Source: Erysipelotrichaceae bacterium (GTDB lineage: Bacteria > Bacillota_I > Bacilli_A > Erysipelotrichales > Erysipelotrichaceae). From it: a stretch of DNA of 32,000 nt. The stretch spans positions 1,080,001-1,112,000 of the forward strand of contig OY781039.1 in the NCBI GenBank assembly GCA_963676105.1, written 5' to 3'. The notes beneath the pieces are model-generated. The model was given only the letters and a program-made list of their open reading frames with translations. It had not been told where the DNA came from and did no database searches. Below are positions 27,521 through 32,000 of the stretch, in pieces. Made by a program: the position numbers and the translations under genes. Numbering within the stretch: position 1 is the stretch's first letter; each line of letters opens with the position of its first letter.

Positions 27521-28372
27521 ATGCAAAAATTAATTGATAGAGCTCAAACCTTAGTTGAAGCTCTACCTTATATTCAATCATTTTATGGAAAAGTAGTGGT
27601 CATTAAATATGGTGGTAATGCCATGATTAATCAAGACTTACTTAATTCAGTTATGGATGATGTCATTCTACTTAATACCGTTGGTATTCATGTTGTTTTA
27701 GTTCATGGCGGTGGACCAGAAATCAACAACATGCTTAAAAAGATTGGTAAAGAAAGTAGCTTCATTGATGGCTTACGTTATACCGATCAAGAAACTATGG
27801 ACGTTGTTCAAGGCATTCTTTGCGGTAAAGTTAATAAAGATCTTGTCGCATCAATCGTAAGAAAAGGTGCTAATGCAATAGGTTTATCAGGTTTAGATGA
27901 TGGCTTACTTAAAGCGATTAAGAAAACAACTAACGGACAAGATTATGGTTTAGTGGGTGTTGTGACAGAAGTTAATCCAAAACCTTTAGTTAATATCATT
28001 GAAGCTAATACGATTCCTGTTATTGCTTCAGTTGCCTTAGGGACTGATTCAAATACGGCTTATAACGTTAATGCGGATACTGCTGCATCTGAAATCGCAA
28101 TCGCATTAAAAGCTGAAAAGCTCATTATCTTAACGGATACAAGTGGTGTTTTAGATAAAGAAAAAAACTTATTGACCAGTATGACTAAAGCCGATGTCGA
28201 TGCGAAAATCAAAGATGAAACGATTATTGGGGGCATGATCCCAAAAGTTGAATGTTGTTTAAACGCCATAAGTCATGGAGTCCATCGTACCCATATCATC
28301 GATGGTCGTATCCCTCATTCAATCCTTATTGAAGTTCTCACCGATGAAGGTGTGGGAACCATGATCTACTAG
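27521..28372 (+). CDS. argB: acetylglutamate kinase
   Basis: It carries LVEALPYIQSFYGKVVVIKYGGNAM and VLVHGGGPEIN. ATG 27521 follows a strong GAGGAGG (27509-15) by 5 nt and is preferred. The alternative start at 27503 would form an ATGA overlap with the argJ stop. Confidence 0.9.
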   Translation: MQKLIDRAQTLVEALPYIQSFYGKVVVIKYGGNAMINQDLLNSVMDDVILLNTVGIHVVLVHGGGPEINNMLKKIGKESSFIDGLRYTDQETMDVVQGILCGKVNKDLVASIVRKGANAIGLSGLDDGLLKAIKKTTNGQDYGLVGVVTEVNPKPLVNIIEANTIPVIASVALGTDSNTAYNVNADTAASEIAIALKAEKLIILTDTSGVLDKEKNLLTSMTKADVDAKIKDETIIGGMIPKVECCLNAISHGVHRTHIIDGRIPHSILIEVLTDEGVGTMIY

Positions 28373-28382
28373 GAGGCATGAC

Positions 28383-29570
28383 ATGAACTCTAAAGAACTT
28401 AAACAATTAGATAGCGAAGCAGTGATGCAAACCTATGGTCGTTTTGATTTAGCCATCGAAAAAGCTGAAGGGTCTACCCTTTATGATTTTGAAGGAAACG
28501 CTTATGTTGATTTTACCAGTGGAATAGGTGTCAACAGTATTGGATATAAGAATCAAAAATGGATTGATGCGATCACAAACCAAGCAATGAAAATCCAACA
28601 TACATCAAACATTTACTATACTGCCCCGTCTACTTTATTAGCTTCTGAGCTCACAAAAAGAACTGGATTAAAATCTGTTTTCTTTGCGAATTCAGGTGCT
28701 GAATCTAATGAAGGTGTGATTAAGTTAGCACGTAAATATTCTTATGATAAATATGGTCAAGATAGAGCTGAAATTATTACCTTAGAAAACTCATTTCATG
28801 GGCGTACTATTTCAACTCTAGCCGCGACTGGTCAAGATCACTTTCATCAATATTTCTTTCCATTTACGCAAGGCTTTGTTCATGCGAAAGCAAATGATAT
28901 TGAAAGTGTAAAAGCTACCATCTCAGATTCCACATGTGCCATTATGATGGAACTTGTTCAAGGTGAAGGTGGTGTACTACCTTTAGAAAAGAAATTTGTT
29001 AAAGAGGTAGAAGCTTTATGTAAAGAAAAAGATTTAATACTGATTATTGATGAAGTTCAAACAGGTATTGGTCGCACTGGCAGTTTATTTGCCTTCCAAC
29101 AATTTGATGTCAAACCAGATGTCGTATCCTTTGCGAAAGGCATTGGTGGCGGATTACCACTTGGTGGATTCTTAGCTAATGAAAAATGTTCAACTGTACT
29201 AAATGCAGGAACACATGCGACAACTTTTGGTGGAAATCCAATTGCTTGTGCAGGTGCATTAGAAGTTTTAAATCAAGTCAATGACGCATTATTAAGTGAT
29301 GTTAAAGATAAAGGTGATTATATTACATCAGAAATCAATTCTTGGGGTTTTGATTTTGTATTACAGTCACGTGGTCTAGGCTTAATGATTGGTATTCCTT
29401 TAAAGGGTGTTTCTCATAAAGATCTTGCCTTAAAATGCATTGATGAAGGACTATTATTATTAACTGCTGGCAAAGATGCCTTGCGTTTGTTACCACCTTT
29501 AACAATTTCCTACCATGATATCGATAAAGGCTTAGCCATTTTAAAGAAAGTACTAGAGAGTGTTAAATAA
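28383..29570 (+). CDS. argD: acetylornithine aminotransferase
   Basis: 395 aa class-III aminotransferase. It carries FANSGAESNEG, IIDEVQTGIGRTG and the PLP-lysine region SFAKGIGGGLPLG. The RBS AGGAGG lies 6 nt upstream. Confidence 0.92.
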   Translation: MNSKELKQLDSEAVMQTYGRFDLAIEKAEGSTLYDFEGNAYVDFTSGIGVNSIGYKNQKWIDAITNQAMKIQHTSNIYYTAPSTLLASELTKRTGLKSVFFANSGAESNEGVIKLARKYSYDKYGQDRAEIITLENSFHGRTISTLAATGQDHFHQYFFPFTQGFVHAKANDIESVKATISDSTCAIMMELVQGEGGVLPLEKKFVKEVEALCKEKDLILIIDEVQTGIGRTGSLFAFQQFDVKPDVVSFAKGIGGGLPLGGFLANEKCSTVLNAGTHATTFGGNPIACAGALEVLNQVNDALLSDVKDKGDYITSEINSWGFDFVLQSRGLGLMIGIPLKGVSHKDLALKCIDEGLLLLTAGKDALRLLPPLTISYHDIDKGLAILKKVLESVK

Positions 29571-29571
29571 G

Positions 29572-30498
29572 ATGAAAAAAGACTTAACTAAATTATTAGA
29601 TCTAAGCCAAGAAGAGATTTTCGAGATTCTTGATTTAGCTGACAAACTTAAAAAAGAACAAAAAGAAGGTATTCCACACGATTTCCCAAAAGGAAAGAGT
29701 TTAGCTATGATCTTTGCGAAAAACTCAACCCGTACTCGTGTTTCCTTTGAAGTGGGTATGTTTCAACTTGGAGGACATGCCTTATTCTTATCCAATGATT
29801 CATCTCAAGTCTCTCGTGGTGAACCAATTGAAGATACAGCACGTGTTTTAAGTCGTTATTGTGATTGCATCATGATTAGAACGTATGAACAAGAAGAAAT
29901 TGAACAACTCGCAAAATATGCAACTGTGCCAGTTATCAATGGTTTATCTAATCAATTTCACCCTTGCCAAGTCTTAGCTGATCTCATGACTATTAGAGAA
30001 ATCAAAGGCAAATTACAAGGTTTAAAAATTGCCTATGTTGGGGATGGATTCAATATGGCTAACTCCATTATTGTGGGTGGTATTAAATGTGGAATGGATG
30101 TATCCATTGCTTGTCCTCCAGGTTATGAACCCGATCATGAAGTGATTGAATTTGCGAAAAATGCAGATAATCTACATTTCCATATGGGGACTGATCCAAT
30201 GGCAGCGGTTAAAGATGCGGATATTGTCTTTACAGATGTTTGGTCAAGTATGGGCCATGAAGAAGAACATAAACGTCGTCTAGAAAAATTTGAAGGCTAT
30301 CAAGTCAACGACGAACTCATGGCTGTCGCAAAAAAAGATGCGATTGTTCAACATTGCTTACCTGCTCATAAAGGTGAAGAAATCTCAGAAAAAGTCTTTG
30401 AAGATCACGCCGATGAAATCTTTGAAGAAGCAGAAAATAGACTACATGTACAAAAAGCTGTCATGAGTCTACTTATGAAAAACAATATGCGAAAATAA
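29572..30498 (+). CDS. argF: ornithine carbamoyltransferase
   Basis: The carbamoyl-phosphate motif is NSTRTRVSFEVG and the ornithine-site motifs are FHPCQVLAD and QHCLPAHKGEE. ATG 29572 (MKKDLTKLLDLS) aligns with OTC N-termini. The track start is a GTG at 29560. Confidence 0.92.
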   Translation: MKKDLTKLLDLSQEEIFEILDLADKLKKEQKEGIPHDFPKGKSLAMIFAKNSTRTRVSFEVGMFQLGGHALFLSNDSSQVSRGEPIEDTARVLSRYCDCIMIRTYEQEEIEQLAKYATVPVINGLSNQFHPCQVLADLMTIREIKGKLQGLKIAYVGDGFNMANSIIVGGIKCGMDVSIACPPGYEPDHEVIEFAKNADNLHFHMGTDPMAAVKDADIVFTDVWSSMGHEEEHKRRLEKFEGYQVNDELMAVAKKDAIVQHCLPAHKGEEISEKVFEDHADEIFEEAENRLHVQKAVMSLLMKNNMRK

Positions 30499-30517
30499 AA
30501 GGTCGAAAGACCTTTTT
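30497..30517. terminator. bidirectional terminator after argF, shared with the convergent small membrane protein gene
   Basis: AAAAGGTC-GAAA-GACCTTTT with a GNRA-type loop, flanked by an A-run and a T-run. It begins inside the argF stop codon. Confidence 0.8.
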
Positions 30518-30788
30518 ACTTGATTTGATTTATGGAAATTAAATTCATTATGACTGTACCAACAATTAATATTACCGATACATAAACTACTGCCCCTATA
30601 GTATCCATAACGGCTGAAAAATCAGGAATATTCACACGCCAAGAGATTTCTAATAGCTGAAACCACAAAGCACTTCCCATACATGTAAAACTTATAAGCA
30701 TGTTATATTTAGCTTTGATCTTTTTAAACCTAAATAGTGGAACAAACCAAGCTAGTAAACCAAATAGAAGACTGTAAATATTGTACAT
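30516..30788 (-). CDS. small hydrophobic membrane protein, unknown function
   Basis: 90 aa with about three predicted TM segments: LLFGLLAWFVPLF, MLISFTCMGSALWFQLL and IGAVVYVSVILIVGTVIMNLI. I recognise no family. Confidence 0.55.
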   Translation of the reverse strand: MYNIYSLLFGLLAWFVPLFRFKKIKAKYNMLISFTCMGSALWFQLLEISWRVNIPDFSAVMDTIGAVVYVSVILIVGTVIMNLISINQIK

Positions 30789-30945
30789 ACAATTTCCCCC
30801 TCAATACATCGATTATATAATAAGTAGATATACTAACTATATTCATATTAATATGGAAATTAAAAGAATAAAAATAGCATTTCTTTATGTATAATCATTT
30901 ATATGTTGAATAAAAATTGATAGACTATAACATATAAGGTTAAAT

Positions 30946-32000
30946 ATGTTTTTATCAATACTATTCAATTTTACATTTTTAATATCCGTCGTGTCGCTAC
31001 TTCAATTTGCATTAAAGGATAGTTCCATCAAATTAGAGTGGTCTTTTTCACGAAAAATACTTGCCGGACTATTTATTGCGGGTGTTGGTGTCTTTTTAAT
31101 GATTACATCGATTAGTTTTAATTCTGGTATTCAATTTGATATGCGTTATGTTGCATTTATGATTGCGGCAACTTATGGTGGACCACTCACAAGTTTTGTG
31201 ACTGCCATGGTTATGTTTTTTACCAATTTCTTTTTTATCGAAGCAATAAGAAGTCCTGATGTCATTATTATTGCGAATACACTCTTATTTCTTTACTTTA
31301 ATATTATTGCTTATCAAAAATACTCAAGACGGAAAATGTATATTGCATACTCAACTGGCATGATTGTTTTAATGAGCATTGGTAGCTCATTTTTACACCT
31401 CTGGTCACCTGAGTATATAAGTTTTCTCTTTGTTTATCTGTCGACCAATATTCTTGGTGGATATATCATTTTAAACTATATTGACTACACCTTTGATTCA
31501 CTTCAACAATATCGACATTTAAGAAAAACACATGACATTGATTATTTAACCCAAATACATAATGTCCATGGTTTTGAAGAAAGACTAGATAAAGCATTAA
31601 AAGAAGCTAAAAGTCATCATGAAACCCTTGCGATGTTGATGATTGACTTAGATTTCTTTAAAAAAGTAAATGACTTTTATGGTCATGATGTGGGTGATAT
31701 TGTTTTAACAGAATTAGCAACGATCTTAAAAGATCAAACACGACCAGAAGATATTGTCGCAAGAAAAGGTGGCGAAGAGTTTGCGATTATCTTAAAACAA
31801 TGTAATTTAGAAAATGCTGAGATGATTTCTGAGCGTATTCGTAAAGCGGTTGAAGACTTTATTTTTGTGAAGGATCAATATCCAATATCACTGACGATAT
31901 CAACCGGTTTATCTTTTTATCCTAATGATGCGAAAGAGGCAAAAGAACTGATTAAAACATCTGACTTAGCACTTTATTTAGCAAAGGCAAATGGACGTAA
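30946..32000 (+). CDS. membrane-bound diguanylate cyclase (5TMR-LYT-like sensor domain + GGDEF), 3'-truncated by window edge
   Basis: This ORF is not in the supplied track because it has no stop inside the window. My own translation from ATG 30946 (RBS AAGG 5 nt upstream) is open to base 32000. The N-terminal ~180 aa are polytopic and carry FDMRYVAFMIAATYGGP, the LytS-YhcK 5TM motif. The C-terminal part has DYLTQIHNVHGFEERL, MIDLDFFKKVNDFYGHDVGD, the I-site RPED 5 residues before the active-site GGEEF, and ALYLAKANGR. Confidence 0.85.
   Translation, partial: MFLSILFNFTFLISVVSLLQFALKDSSIKLEWSFSRKILAGLFIAGVGVFLMITSISFNSGIQFDMRYVAFMIAATYGGPLTSFVTAMVMFFTNFFFIEAIRSPDVIIIANTLLFLYFNIIAYQKYSRRKMYIAYSTGMIVLMSIGSSFLHLWSPEYISFLFVYLSTNILGGYIILNYIDYTFDSLQQYRHLRKTHDIDYLTQIHNVHGFEERLDKALKEAKSHHETLAMLMIDLDFFKKVNDFYGHDVGDIVLTELATILKDQTRPEDIVARKGGEEFAIILKQCNLENAEMISERIRKAVEDFIFVKDQYPISLTISTGLSFYPNDAKEAKELIKTSDLALYLAKANGR

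Noticed and set aside
149-28269. Other short track ORFs nested in or antisense to confident genes (149-382, 3112-3402, 3438-3689, 3802-4041, 5274-5483, 7581-7856, 10507-10773, 13367-13576, 15522-15776, 17322-17588, 19159-19368, 21307-21507, 21434-21697, 23574-23783, 26798-26989, 28060-28269).
   Set aside because: Each is fully or almost fully contained in a longer ORF with clear family motifs. Such open antisense frames are common in AT-rich DNA, and none has a convincing RBS or a recognisable product.
1-32000. Search for tRNA or rRNA genes, CRISPR repeats, IS or transposase or integrase genes, phage genes, toxin-antitoxin pairs, or known defence-system signatures.
   Set aside because: None were found by eye. 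Every ORF over 200 aa has a metabolic, transport or regulatory assignment or is a single unknown inside a sugar operon. No direct repeats longer than 12 nt and no flanking inverted repeats were seen. Covariance-model or HMM scans would be needed to exclude small RNAs.

Overview
Low-GC, gene-dense bacterial chromosome segment. It uses the standard genetic code: TGA is a stop, for example at the argH/argC ATGA overlap. Strong Shine-Dalgarno sites, a T-box leader and the PTS content point to Bacillota, possibly an Erysipelotrichia- or Acholeplasma-like lineage, but this is unproven. All product calls rest on motifs and family architecture read by eye; no alignments or database searches were run. 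The window has four blocks. (1) 1-5665, + strand: histidine operon hisG'(short form)-D-C-B-H-A-F-IE with overlapping, translationally coupled junctions and a bidirectional terminator at its end. (2) 5701-19525: an L-ascorbate-type (ula/sga) PTS utilisation supercluster of about 13.8 kb, mostly on the - strand. Its order is ulaG-ulaC-unknown-ulaF-ulaE-split transketolase-HAD | ulaA as its own unit | HAD-ulaB-SorC regulator-ulaD-cyclase family-second class II aldolase, with a divergent DeoR/UlaR-like regulator. (3) 19560-22303: a third Cof-type HAD, an alpha/beta hydrolase and an orphan Rieske non-heme-iron oxygenase. (4) 22441-30498: arginine biosynthesis as argG-argH-argC(uncommon short form), then an Arg-specific (CGU) T-box leader, then argJ-argB-argD-argF. 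After that come a small membrane protein and a 5TMR-LYT/GGDEF diguanylate cyclase that runs off the window and is missing from the ORF track. I saw no rRNA, tRNA, CRISPR array, IS element or transposase, integrase, or recognisable defence or toxin system. Most of the window is ordinary core metabolism. The items that look least described are the uncharacterised genes embedded in the ula locus (a 334-aa repeat protein, and a cyclase-family protein with a second aldolase), the repeated operator-like motifs around the ulaA and ulaG/ulaR promoters, and the T-box that splits the arg cluster.
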